NCBI RefSeq assembly: GCF_014841215.1
Contig: NZ_JACYTR010000019.1
Location: 14,177 to 78,176, forward strand
Origin: Pseudomarimonas arenosa
GTDB taxonomy: Bacteria > Pseudomonadota > Gammaproteobacteria > Xanthomonadales > Xanthomonadaceae
DNA length: 64,000 nucleotides
Direction of reading: 5' to 3'
The notes under the pieces were generated by a model. It saw nothing but the letters and a program-made list of their open reading frames with translations. It did not search any database and was not told the origin of the DNA. Each line of letters starts with the position of its first letter. Positions within the stretch are counted from its first letter, which is position 1. Shown piece after piece: positions 1-8,865 of the stretch. The position numbers were made by a program, and so were the translations under genes.

Positions 1-1
1 G

Positions 2-1696
2 ACCGGTAAGTCGTTCTCCATGAAGGTCGCTCGTGAGGCCTGGGAAGCGCAAGGATTCAACGTGCGCGGCGCCGCCCTGGCGGGAAAGGCGGCCGATGAA
101 CTACAGGCGGGAAGCGGAATTCCAAGCCGAACGTTGGCCTCGCTGGAGTACGCCTGGAAAGAAGGTCGAGACAGGCTCAGTCGCAACGAAGTATTGGTAA
201 TCGACGAAGCGGGCATGATCGGTAGTCGGCAGCTCGGCCGTGTACTCAAAGCCGTGGAGATGGCGGGCGCAAAGGTCGTTCTGCTCGGAGACCACAAACA
301 GCTCGCAGCCCTTGAGGCAGGCGCTGCATTTCGCGCGATTGAGCAGCATGTCGGCGCAGCGCATATCACCGAAGTTCGCCGACAGCGTCATGCGTGGGCG
401 CGAGACGCCGGGCAATCCTTGGCGCGCGGCTCAACCGCAGAAGGACTGCGGGCCTATGACGAACGTGGTCACGTCCAAATGCTCGCAACTCGTGAAGCAG
501 CAAGGAGAGCGTTAGCCGTAGCCTACGCTGGTGACCGCGGCGAAGGCAGTCAGATAGTGCTTGCACACAGCAAGCGCGAAGTTCTGGCGCTCAATTCCTC
601 AATACGAGAAGTGCGGCAAGAACGAGGCGAACTGGCTGGCGCGGCTCGCTTTGCCGCAGAGTGCGGTGGTCGCGAGTTTGCCAGTGGCGACCGCATCGTG
701 TTCTTGCGAAATGATCGCGAGCTTGGCGTTAAGAACGGCACGCTCGGAACAATCGAGCATGCTCAGCATGACCTTCTTTCGGTTCGCCTTGACAGCGGCG
801 AGTCCCGTCAGGTGAACGCGGCGCAATATGCGGCAGTGGATTACGGCTACGCCGTCACGATTCATAAGGCGCAAGGGCTGACGGTTGAGCACACCTACTT
901 GCTCGCCACGCCAGGCATGGATCGCAGTTTGGCCTATGTCGGCATGACCCGACATCGCGAAAGCGCAACGATGTTCGCGGCCGTAGAAGACTTCGGAAGA
1001 AGAACCACGACAGAGGCCCGAGCGCGGTTGTTGCGCACGCTGGGGCGCGAACGCCCCAAGGAGACCACGCTCGACTTTGCTGCGAGGCGGGGTTTTGACG
1101 GCGAAAGTGTGCTTCAGCGGTGGATTGGGCGGAGCCGGACCAAGCTTGGCGAGCTGGCCAAGCGGGCACGGTTGGCACTTGGCCACGCCCTGGGAGCAGG
1201 CGGTTGGGACAGCTTGGAACCGCAGCGCCAGCCGGATGAAGAAGCTTTCAAGCGACTGTTGAGAGAGCGCGAGGCCGCGCTGCGAGTCCGTGCGGTGCGG
1301 ACCGCAAAAGCGCTCGAATCTCGGCGAGATGCCTTGCGCCAAACCAATCGCGCTCACCAGCTCGCGCGTCCTCAGGAGCCACGCGGCGTGGCTGCGCTGA
1401 AGCCTGGCGCAAGAGCGCAATACAACAGGCGCGTGGATTCCTGGGAGGAACAGCGCGAGCAGATAACGCGTCGGCAAATGGATATCCAGCGGCGATTGAA
1501 GGTTGCCGCCGAAGTGGCCAGCGGGCAATTCGAGGCGCGTCGGTTGGCAGAGGCAAAGACCAAACGTGAGCACTCAGTGCTGTGGCAACGAATGCAAGAG
1601 AGTCGGGCCGAACAGTTGAAGCAACGCGGCGCCGAAATTCGCAAGGAACTCGAGCTTCGGCTCCGCGGCCGTGATCGCGGCGGCCTCTCTCGTTAA
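2..1696 (+). CDS. Conjugative relaxase/helicase, TraA(Ti)/MobA-TrwC-like, C-terminal portion. 5' end lies outside the window: the frame is open from nt 2 and reads ..TGKSF.. (Walker A) at the very start.
   Basis: Translation shows an AAA_30/RecD-like helicase core (VLVIDEAGM, LLGDHKQL, YAVTIHKAQG) typical of TraA/TrwC relaxase C-terminal halves. Charged, coiled-coil tail. No in-frame stop before position 20. Confidence 0.75.
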   Translation, partial: TGKSFSMKVAREAWEAQGFNVRGAALAGKAADELQAGSGIPSRTLASLEYAWKEGRDRLSRNEVLVIDEAGMIGSRQLGRVLKAVEMAGAKVVLLGDHKQLAALEAGAAFRAIEQHVGAAHITEVRRQRHAWARDAGQSLARGSTAEGLRAYDERGHVQMLATREAARRALAVAYAGDRGEGSQIVLAHSKREVLALNSSIREVRQERGELAGAARFAAECGGREFASGDRIVFLRNDRELGVKNGTLGTIEHAQHDLLSVRLDSGESRQVNAAQYAAVDYGYAVTIHKAQGLTVEHTYLLATPGMDRSLAYVGMTRHRESATMFAAVEDFGRRTTTEARARLLRTLGRERPKETTLDFAARRGFDGESVLQRWIGRSRTKLGELAKRARLALGHALGAGGWDSLEPQRQPDEEAFKRLLREREAALRVRAVRTAKALESRRDALRQTNRAHQLARPQEPRGVAALKPGARAQYNRRVDSWEEQREQITRRQMDIQRRLKVAAEVASGQFEARRLAEAKTKREHSVLWQRMQESRAEQLKQRGAEIRKELELRLRGRDRGGLSR

Positions 1697-1727
1697 CGGC
1701 CACGTGGCCATTCAAAGGAGCAAAGAT

Positions 1728-1943
1728 ATGAGCAAGACCGAATCGACCCGCAACATGACGCCGGCACAGGCACGCAAGGCATTTTCAGAGGCAGCACGCT
1801 CGATGCCGCCGGAGGAAGCCAAGCGAATCGTATCGGGCGCCGTGCGGGCAGCTCGTCGGGCTCGCGCCGAACAGGCTCGCCGTAAGCAAGCCAACGCACG
1901 TTTTGTCGAGGCCTGGAATCGCGGCGCGGGGCTGGAGCGATGA
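1728..1943 (+). CDS. Small hypothetical protein (71 aa), basic and Ala/Arg-rich, in the element backbone
   Basis: ORF directly downstream of the relaxase. ATG at 1728 follows GGAG. Its stop overlaps the next ORF's start (ATGA at 1940). Confidence 0.35.
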   Translation: MSKTESTRNMTPAQARKAFSEAARSMPPEEAKRIVSGAVRAARRARAEQARRKQANARFVEAWNRGAGLER

Positions 1944-2179
1944 CGAGCACTTCGCTGGACGAGGGGCGGGCGGCAGCCCGGGAAGCCCGCTTTGCGCAGA
2001 GGCAACGATTGCTCGAAGAGCTGCGTCGATTGGGACGGTTCTACATCGATAACGAGAACGAAGATGCCCGCCTTGGAATGGAGGCTATGTGTGATGACTT
2101 CTTCCGATATCTCGCCCCAAGCATGTATCCGGGCGGCTGGCTGGGATTGCTTCAGCACGCGATGCGACAGGCAGGATGA
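1940..2179 (+). CDS. Small hypothetical protein (79 aa)
   Basis: Start-coupled to the previous ORF by ATGA overlap. No recognisable motif. Confidence 0.35.
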   Translation: MTSTSLDEGRAAAREARFAQRQRLLEELRRLGRFYIDNENEDARLGMEAMCDDFFRYLAPSMYPGGWLGLLQHAMRQAG

Positions 2180-2214
2180 CGCCCAGTGTCGCGCCGGTCA
2201 GCACTGCCAATGCA

Positions 2215-2255
2215 TCCGGAAAGAATATTAAAAACATATCAATAGGAGCCACAAT
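2215..2255 (+). promoter_or_regulatory. AT-rich promoter/RBS region upstream of parA
   Basis: gaaagaatattaaaaacatatcaataggagccacaatATG. A sharp AT-rich island in 65% GC DNA, with AGGAG 8 nt before the ATG. Confidence 0.4.
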
Positions 2256-2924
2256 ATGATTCTTACGATAGGCAATACGAAGGGCGGCGTCGGCAAGACC
2301 ACCCTGGCGGTACAGCTCGCAATAACTCGCGCCCTGGCCGGCCGCGAGGTGTGGCTGATCGACGGCGACCGCCAGGGCACCGCAACCGTCGCCATCGCCG
2401 CCCGGGCCGAGAACGGCCGGGCGCCCGGCATCGCCTGCGCCCAATACCCCGACGGCAGCATCCTGCGCACCCAGGTGCAGCAGCAGCGCGGCAAGTGGGA
2501 CGACATCGTGATCGACGCCGGCGGCCGCGACAGTACCGCCCTCCGCGCCGCCCTCACGCTGACCGACGTGCTGGTAGTCCCCTTTGCCCCGCGCAGTTAC
2601 GATGTCTGGGCCTTAGACGACATCGCCGCCCTGGTCGAAGAAGCCCGCAGCCTGCGCGACGGCCTGCAGGCGTTTGCTGTACTGAACCTCGCCGACCCCG
2701 GCGAGCTGTCCGCCGACAACGAAGAAGCCGCCGCGGCCGTTGCCGACGTGCCCCAGTTCGTCTACTTGCCCCAGCCGATCCGCCGGCGGAAAGCCTTCTC
2801 CAACGCCGGTGGCCAGGGCTGCTCCGTCCACGAACTCACCCCGCGCGACCCCAAAGCCTGTGTCGAATTGACCACGCTTGCGGAATCTGTTTTTAATATC
2901 CAAACGATAGCCTTCGCAAGGTAA
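2256..2924 (+). CDS. parA: ParA/Soj-family partition ATPase
   Basis: Deviant Walker A GNTKGGVGKTT at the N-terminus. Fits the about 210-aa ParA Ia plasmid-partition family. Confidence 0.9.
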   Translation: MILTIGNTKGGVGKTTLAVQLAITRALAGREVWLIDGDRQGTATVAIAARAENGRAPGIACAQYPDGSILRTQVQQQRGKWDDIVIDAGGRDSTALRAALTLTDVLVVPFAPRSYDVWALDDIAALVEEARSLRDGLQAFAVLNLADPGELSADNEEAAAAVADVPQFVYLPQPIRRRKAFSNAGGQGCSVHELTPRDPKACVELTTLAESVFNIQTIAFAR

Positions 2925-2929
2925 GGCCG

Positions 2930-3187
2930 ATGTCGATTCAACGTAAACCAAGGGTCACGGATGCGAAGGCGGAGGAGTTCATCGCCGGCGCGCCTGATGC
3001 GAGCGAGATCCCGGCGACCTACAGCAAGGGCATTCGGAAGGGGAACAAACGGCAAATCTCCCTGACGATTGCGCCTGAGTTGCTTCGGAAGGTGGACGAG
3101 GTCGCGAAGCGAACTGGCCAGGGCCGCGCGGGAATCATCAACATGGCGATTTACCGTGCCTTGGAGGGCGATGTATTCGCCTCGTAG
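2930..3187 (+). CDS. Ribbon-helix-helix (ParG/CopG-like) partition/centromere-binding protein
   Basis: 85-aa protein immediately after parA. C-terminal RHH-like segment (ISLTIAPELLRKVDEVAKRTGQGRAGIINMAIYRAL). Confidence 0.6.
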   Translation: MSIQRKPRVTDAKAEEFIAGAPDASEIPATYSKGIRKGNKRQISLTIAPELLRKVDEVAKRTGQGRAGIINMAIYRALEGDVFAS

Positions 3188-3281
3188 GCAAAAAGCCGCG
3201 GGGTTGCGAGGGCAAGATTGCTAAAGCAGATGGCGCAACTGCGGCGCCGACAAGAACAAGGGCCAGGGAGCGGGGCGCTGC

Positions 3282-5693
3282 ATGAGCATGAACGAGGCGG
3301 ATACTCGCTACCACCTCATTGATCCGGTGTTGCGCGAGAAGGGTTACGTCAGCCGCGACCGCATTACGCTGGAAACGGTGCTCACGCCTCCGCCTGTAGA
3401 ACCGAGTGGCCCCAAGGGACGCCGCCGCAATGGACCGGGCCGCACCGACTACTTGTTGTGCGTGCAAGTCGGCGATGCACCGAGGCCCATGCCGGTTGCC
3501 GTGCTGGAAGCCAAGAAGGAAGCCGAAGACCCCTTGAAGGGCATGCAGCAGGCCAGAGGCTATGCGGATACGCTGCGCTTTGACGTCAAGTACGTGTTCT
3601 CGACCAACGGACACCGATATGGCGAATATGATCGGTTCACTCAACTGATTAACGGCCCGTCTCCGTTTTGCGATTTCCCCTCGCATCCGGATCTGACCGC
3701 ACGCTACTGCCAGGACACGGGTATTGACCTGGGTCGATCGGCGTCCGCCATGCTGTTTCAGGCCGACAGCCCCGCGTGGGCCGAAAGTCGCTACTACCAA
3801 GATGCCGCGATCCGCGCCGCGTTCGAGAAGATCATTAGTGACGGCCAGGCCGGCAAGGCGCCGCGGGCGCTGCTCTCGCTAGCCACTGGCGCCGGCAAGA
3901 CCATTATCGCCACCAACTTGCTTTGGCGGCTATCCCAGGCCGGACAGTTGCCCAAACCCGCTTTGTTCCTTTGCGATCGTGATGAGTTGCGAGGGCAAGC
4001 CTACACCAAGCTCAAGGCCGCATTCGGCGACAACGCCCGCATCGTGCGCAGCGAGCGCGGCGGCAATGCGGCGGCCAACGCCCGCATCCACATCGCCACC
4101 TACCAAACGCTGGGCTTGGACGATGAAGAAGGCTTCGCCAGCTTCCTGACCGAGCACTACGGGGAAGACGCTTTCAGCGTCATCATCATCGACGAGTGCC
4201 ACCGTTCGGCCTGGGGCCGATGGTCTGAGGTGCTGCGGCGCAACCCCAGTGCCATCCACATCGGCCTGACCGCCACGCCGCGCAAGCTGGAGGAGTCCGA
4301 CAAGGCCTCGAAGGAAGACCAGGAGATCACGGCCAACAACCGGCAGTACTTCGGCGAGCCGGTGTACGAGTACACCCTGATCCAGGCCCAGGAGGACGGT
4401 TACCTGGCCGCCTGCGAGATCGTGAAACGAAAGGCGAGCATCGATAGCGCCACCTTCACGAAGAAGGAGATCCTGGCCGCTGGCGTCAAGGACATCAAGA
4501 CAGGCATGCCGCTAACCGAAGAAGACCTGGCCAAGGACGAATACACCGGCAAGGACTTCGACGACGAGCTCTTCATCGAGCTGCGCACACCCAAGATGTG
4601 CGCCGACCTGTTCGAGCTGCTGCGCGAGAACGGCGGGCCGGAACAGAAGGTCATCATCTTCTGCACCCGCGAGATTCATGCTGACCGCGTCGCTCAGCAC
4701 ATGAACAACCTGTACGTGCGCTGGTGCAAGGAGCGGGGCCACACGCCCAAGGACCACTACGCCTTCAAGTGCATGGGCGGCGCTAACAACGGCGCCAACA
4801 TGATCGAGCCGATGCGCGGCTCGGGCGAGCGCGCCTTCATCGCGTGCACCGTGGACCTGTTGGAGGCCGGCGTCGACATCGAGCGGCTGAACGCCGTGGT
4901 GTTCTTCCGCTACCTGCAATCCTCGATCAAGTTCTACCAGATGGTCGGGCGCGGCACGCGCATTCACGAAGAGACGCAGAAGTACAAGTTCTGGCTCTAT
5001 GACTACACCGACGTCACGAGCCTCTTCGGTACCGACTTCATCACCAAGCCTCCGCGGCCCGGAAGTGGCGGCAGCGGCAACGGAGAAGGTGGTGGTGGAA
5101 CCGGCGGTGAAGAAGACAATGGTCCGCGAGTCGCTGAGATCAGCGGCCAGTACGTAACGGTGAACGCCCAGGGGCACTTCATCCTCAGCCGCCGCGATGG
5201 GCGCGACACGCCGATCCCGGTGGACGAATACCGGCGCGAGGTGATTCAGCGCGTGATTGCCGAAGCGCACAACCTCGACGAGTTCCGCGCGCTGTGGATC
5301 GAAACCCAGAAGCGTCGCAGCCTCATCGACCACCTGCTGGGTGACAACTTCAGCCCCGAGGTGATTCGCGAGATTGACCAGATGACCGACTTCGACCTCT
5401 ATGACTTCTTCGGCCACCACGGCTACCACGCCCGCGCCCTGCGGCGCCCCGAGCGTGGGGATCTGTTCATCCGTAGTCAACAGCCATGGTTCGACGGCAT
5501 GGACCCCAAGGCCGCCATCGTGCTGAGGGGCCTGGGCCACCAGTTCGCGGCGGGCGGCACCGATGCGCTGGAAACGCCGGCGCTTTGGGAGGTGCCGGAG
5601 ATCATGATGGCCGGTGGCCTGGATGCGCTGCGTGGGCTCGGCAAGCCCATGGACGTGATGCGCGAGGCGAAGGGAAGGTTGTTCGGGGTATGA
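3282..5693 (+). CDS. hsdR: Type I restriction enzyme R subunit (HsdR)
   Basis: N-terminal HSDR_N signature (NEADTRYHLIDPVL). SF2 helicase motifs: motif I ATGAGKT, motif II IIIDECHR, helicase C. Followed by hsdS and hsdM. Confidence 0.9.
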   Translation: MSMNEADTRYHLIDPVLREKGYVSRDRITLETVLTPPPVEPSGPKGRRRNGPGRTDYLLCVQVGDAPRPMPVAVLEAKKEAEDPLKGMQQARGYADTLRFDVKYVFSTNGHRYGEYDRFTQLINGPSPFCDFPSHPDLTARYCQDTGIDLGRSASAMLFQADSPAWAESRYYQDAAIRAAFEKIISDGQAGKAPRALLSLATGAGKTIIATNLLWRLSQAGQLPKPALFLCDRDELRGQAYTKLKAAFGDNARIVRSERGGNAAANARIHIATYQTLGLDDEEGFASFLTEHYGEDAFSVIIIDECHRSAWGRWSEVLRRNPSAIHIGLTATPRKLEESDKASKEDQEITANNRQYFGEPVYEYTLIQAQEDGYLAACEIVKRKASIDSATFTKKEILAAGVKDIKTGMPLTEEDLAKDEYTGKDFDDELFIELRTPKMCADLFELLRENGGPEQKVIIFCTREIHADRVAQHMNNLYVRWCKERGHTPKDHYAFKCMGGANNGANMIEPMRGSGERAFIACTVDLLEAGVDIERLNAVVFFRYLQSSIKFYQMVGRGTRIHEETQKYKFWLYDYTDVTSLFGTDFITKPPRPGSGGSGNGEGGGGTGGEEDNGPRVAEISGQYVTVNAQGHFILSRRDGRDTPIPVDEYRREVIQRVIAEAHNLDEFRALWIETQKRRSLIDHLLGDNFSPEVIREIDQMTDFDLYDFFGHHGYHARALRRPERGDLFIRSQQPWFDGMDPKAAIVLRGLGHQFAAGGTDALETPALWEVPEIMMAGGLDALRGLGKPMDVMREAKGRLFGV

Positions 5694-6934
5694 ACGAAGC
5701 AACATCGACGCCTCCATTCCCGCGTAGGCTTGTCCGAATCTCGGACGTGGCCGCGACTGCCAGCGGGACGACTCCGTCGAGGGATCAGAGTCGCTACTGG
5801 AAGCCCGCAGAGATCCCGTGGGTAAAGACCGGGGAAATCCACTTCGCCCCGATTCGAAGGACAGAAGAAGCCGTATCAAGAATCGCACTCGACGAGTGCT
5901 CGCTACCGCTTCTCCCGCCGGGCACCGTGCTGGTGGCGATGTACGGTCAAGGCAAAACGCGAGGCCAATCTGCTGTTCTTGAGATCGAAGCAACAACAAA
6001 CCAAGCGTGCTTCGCGGTTTTGCCGACTGAAGCGTTCGCACCTGAATACCTTCAGTACTGGTTCCAATTCTCGTACTCGACGCTTCGTCAGTCGTCGGAA
6101 GGGAGGGGCGGAAACCAGGCGAACTTGAACAGCGAAATCCTGGGCAACCTCGAAGTGCCGTGGGTTGAGAGGGAAGAACAGCTCCGAATCGCTGCTCGCC
6201 TTCATGCCCAGCTTGCCGACGCGGAAACCGTTCGACGAGCTGCTCAGGCGCAACGCGAGTCTGCCGAGGCCCTTGTGGCCGCGATCTACCGCGAAGCCTT
6301 CGCGCAAGTGGTGCCCGTGGCTGTACCGCCGGCGTTTGACGAACCGCCACCCGGGTGGCAGTGGCGCAAACTCACCGACGTGGCACGACTCGAAAGTGGC
6401 CATACCCCGAGCCGGTCGCGATCAGACTGGTGGGGCGGTGATGTGTCGTGGATCTCGCTGACCGAAATTCGTGCCCTGGATGGCCAGTGGGTCGAAAGCA
6501 CGCAACTGCGTACCAACGCAGCGGGTATCGCCAATTCGGCAGCGCGAATCCTGCCGCGTGGGACGGTGTGCTACTCGCGCACGGCATCCGTGGGCTTCGT
6601 GGTCATCATGGCCAAGCCCATGGCAACGAGTCAGGACTTCGCAAACTGGGTGTGTGGCGATGCCCTCGACCCGGAGTTCCTGATGCACGCGCTCATCCGT
6701 GCCCGCAAGGAACTGCGTGACCTCGCCACTGGCGCGACGCACAAGACGATCTACATGCCGACGCTGGAATCCTTCCGCGTCTGCGCGCCCGATATCGACG
6801 CCCAGCGCCGCATCGTCCGCGGCCTCAAGCAGCGCTTGGAGGAGGCATCAGCCCTACGCGCTGCGCTGGATGCACAGCAGGCAGAACTAGCGAAGCTGCC
6901 CCAACGCCTGCTCGCCCAAGCCTTCGAGAACTAA
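5690..6934 (+). CDS. hsdS: Type I R-M specificity subunit (HsdS), about 414 aa
   Basis: ATG at 5690 overlaps the hsdR stop (ATGA). The N-terminal and central regions read as two target-recognition-domain-like halves. Sits between hsdR and hsdM. The 5486 upstream start in the ORF track is an in-frame read-through of the hsdR 3' end. Confidence 0.8.
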   Translation: MNEATSTPPFPRRLVRISDVAATASGTTPSRDQSRYWKPAEIPWVKTGEIHFAPIRRTEEAVSRIALDECSLPLLPPGTVLVAMYGQGKTRGQSAVLEIEATTNQACFAVLPTEAFAPEYLQYWFQFSYSTLRQSSEGRGGNQANLNSEILGNLEVPWVEREEQLRIAARLHAQLADAETVRRAAQAQRESAEALVAAIYREAFAQVVPVAVPPAFDEPPPGWQWRKLTDVARLESGHTPSRSRSDWWGGDVSWISLTEIRALDGQWVESTQLRTNAAGIANSAARILPRGTVCYSRTASVGFVVIMAKPMATSQDFANWVCGDALDPEFLMHALIRARKELRDLATGATHKTIYMPTLESFRVCAPDIDAQRRIVRGLKQRLEEASALRAALDAQQAELAKLPQRLLAQAFEN

Positions 6935-6936
6935 AC

Positions 6937-8865
6937 ATGGCCCGACCCAAGAAGACCGACAAAGCCCCCAAGGCCATCGCCAGCACCCAATCGCTCTCGG
7001 CCTTCGTCAAGAGCATCTGCGACGTGATGCGCCGCTCGAACTGCGCGAGTGCGCTGCAGTACGTGCCGGAGCTGACCTGGATCTTGTTCCTGCGCATCCT
7101 CGACGCGCAGGAGGTGCGCGACCAGGAGAAGGCCGAAGCCGTGGGCGCGACTTTCATGCCAGCACTGCGCGCGCCGTACCGCTGGCAGGACTGGGCGGCG
7201 CCCCCGCCGAAGAATGAATCCGACAAGCCCGGGCACCCGAAGACACCTGAGGGCAAGCCCTTCGGCTGGAAGCGGCAGGAACTGTTTGCGGCCGGCGACG
7301 GCAAGCTGTTCGACTTCATCAACAAGGAACTGCTGCCCCACCTGCACAGCCTGGACGTGGACCCGCGCACCAACCTGCCTATGCCCGGCGCCACGCCGAA
7401 GCAGCGCATCATCGGCCGCACGATGACAGCGGTGGAGCGCGTGCGTGTGGACTCCGAGACCAACCTACGCGACATCCTCGACAAGGTGCACGAGATCAGC
7501 GTCGACCACATCGACGACCAGCACTTCTTCACGCTGTCGCAGGTATACGAGGACCTGCTGCTGAAGATGGGCGAGAAGAACTCCGACGGTGGCCAGTTCT
7601 TTACCCCGCGCGAGGTGATCCGCGCGATGGTGCACACGGTGGACCCCCAGCTCGGGCAGACGGTGTACGACCCCTGCTGCGGCACCGGCGGTTTCCTCGC
7701 CATCGCTTACGAGCACATCAATCGCAAGCTGGGGACGCAGGCCCGCAGCACCGACATTGACGCGCTCAAGCACGATACCTTCTTCGGCCGCGAGAAGGAG
7801 AACCTGGTGTTCCCCATCGCGCTAGCCAACCTGGTGCTGCACGGCATCGACCAGCCCAACCTGTGGCACGGTAATTCGCTGACGCGGCGTGCCACCTACG
7901 GCGCGCTGTTCGACAAGGCCCCCAAGCTGTTCGACGTGATCCTGACCAACCCGCCCTTCGGCGGCAAAGAAGGCAAGGACGCGCAGAAGAACTTCGCGTT
8001 CGAGACCAGCGCCACGCAGGTGCTGTTCGTGCAGGACATCCTCGCCGAACTGGCGCCGGGCGGCACCTGCGCCATCGTGCTGGACGAGGGCCTGCTGTTC
8101 CGCACCAACGAGAGTGCCTTCGTTGAGACCAAGCGCAAGCTGGTGGACGAGTGCGAGCTGTGGGCCATCCTCAGCTTGCCGGGCGGCGTGTTCTCCACCG
8201 CCGGCGCGGGCGTCAAGACCAACCTGCTGTTCTTCACCAAAGGCCGCAAGACCGAGCGCATCTGGTACTACGACCTGTCGCAGGTAAAGGTGGGCAAGAA
8301 GACGCCGCTGACCCTGGCGCATTTCGGCTTCGCCCCGGATGGCTCGGTGCTGAACGATGCCGCGCTGCCCGCCGCGCTGGTCGCTGACTGGCAGGCCGAT
8401 GAAGCCAACAAAGGCAAGCCCTTCCCGAGCTACGCCCGCCAGCTGGCGCGGCGCGGCACGCCGGAGGCCGACAGCCGCTGGTCCTGGACGGTCGACTTCG
8501 CCGCCCGCCGCGCCAAGGCGAGCGAGGAGATGCAGCCCCTGCTCGATGACGCCGCCAAGCTCAAGGCCGAGGTGGTGGACCTCAAGGAGCAGTTGAAGCG
8601 CCTGAAGAAGGAGAAGGCTGCCGATGACGTGCTGGAAGCGCACGATGCAAAGATCCGCGAGAAGGACAAAGCGGCGCGTGAACTTGAATCACAAGCTGCT
8701 GCCATCGATGCAGCGGTGTTCGATCTGAAAGCCGTCAATCCGAACACGGTAGCGACCGTGGACAAGCGAACGCCGGCGGAAATCATCGACAGCATCGAAT
8801 CGCACGGTAGGTTGGTCAGCGATGCCTTGGCCCGGCTGCGAAATCTGTTGCGCGAGGCGGCGTGA
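6937..8865 (+). CDS. hsdM: Type I R-M N6-adenine DNA methyltransferase subunit (HsdM), with a C-terminal coiled-coil extension
   Basis: N6_Mtase motifs: NPPFGG, and the SAM-binding stretch DPCCGTGGFL. C-terminal 100 aa is Lys/Glu-rich coiled coil. Confidence 0.9.
   Translation: MARPKKTDKAPKAIASTQSLSAFVKSICDVMRRSNCASALQYVPELTWILFLRILDAQEVRDQEKAEAVGATFMPALRAPYRWQDWAAPPPKNESDKPGHPKTPEGKPFGWKRQELFAAGDGKLFDFINKELLPHLHSLDVDPRTNLPMPGATPKQRIIGRTMTAVERVRVDSETNLRDILDKVHEISVDHIDDQHFFTLSQVYEDLLLKMGEKNSDGGQFFTPREVIRAMVHTVDPQLGQTVYDPCCGTGGFLAIAYEHINRKLGTQARSTDIDALKHDTFFGREKENLVFPIALANLVLHGIDQPNLWHGNSLTRRATYGALFDKAPKLFDVILTNPPFGGKEGKDAQKNFAFETSATQVLFVQDILAELAPGGTCAIVLDEGLLFRTNESAFVETKRKLVDECELWAILSLPGGVFSTAGAGVKTNLLFFTKGRKTERIWYYDLSQVKVGKKTPLTLAHFGFAPDGSVLNDAALPAALVADWQADEANKGKPFPSYARQLARRGTPEADSRWSWTVDFAARRAKASEEMQPLLDDAAKLKAEVVDLKEQLKRLKKEKAADDVLEAHDAKIREKDKAARELESQAAAIDAAVFDLKAVNPNTVATVDKRTPAEIIDSIESHGRLVSDALARLRNLLREAA

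Noticed and set aside
2351-2896. 181-aa Arg/Pro-rich ORF in an alternative frame of parA
   Set aside because: Same-strand overlapping frame of a well-supported ParA. Extreme Arg/Pro bias indicates a non-coding frame.
3282-5693. HsdR as a possible Type III Res or Type ISP enzyme, given only 803 aa
   Set aside because: N-terminal HSDR_N nuclease signature plus separate hsdS and hsdM genes fit Type I. Type III Res lacks the N-terminal HSDR_N domain, and no Mod gene is present.
4512-6350. 612-aa minus-strand ORF
   Set aside because: Antisense to hsdR/hsdS, which have strong motif support. A high-GC artefact.
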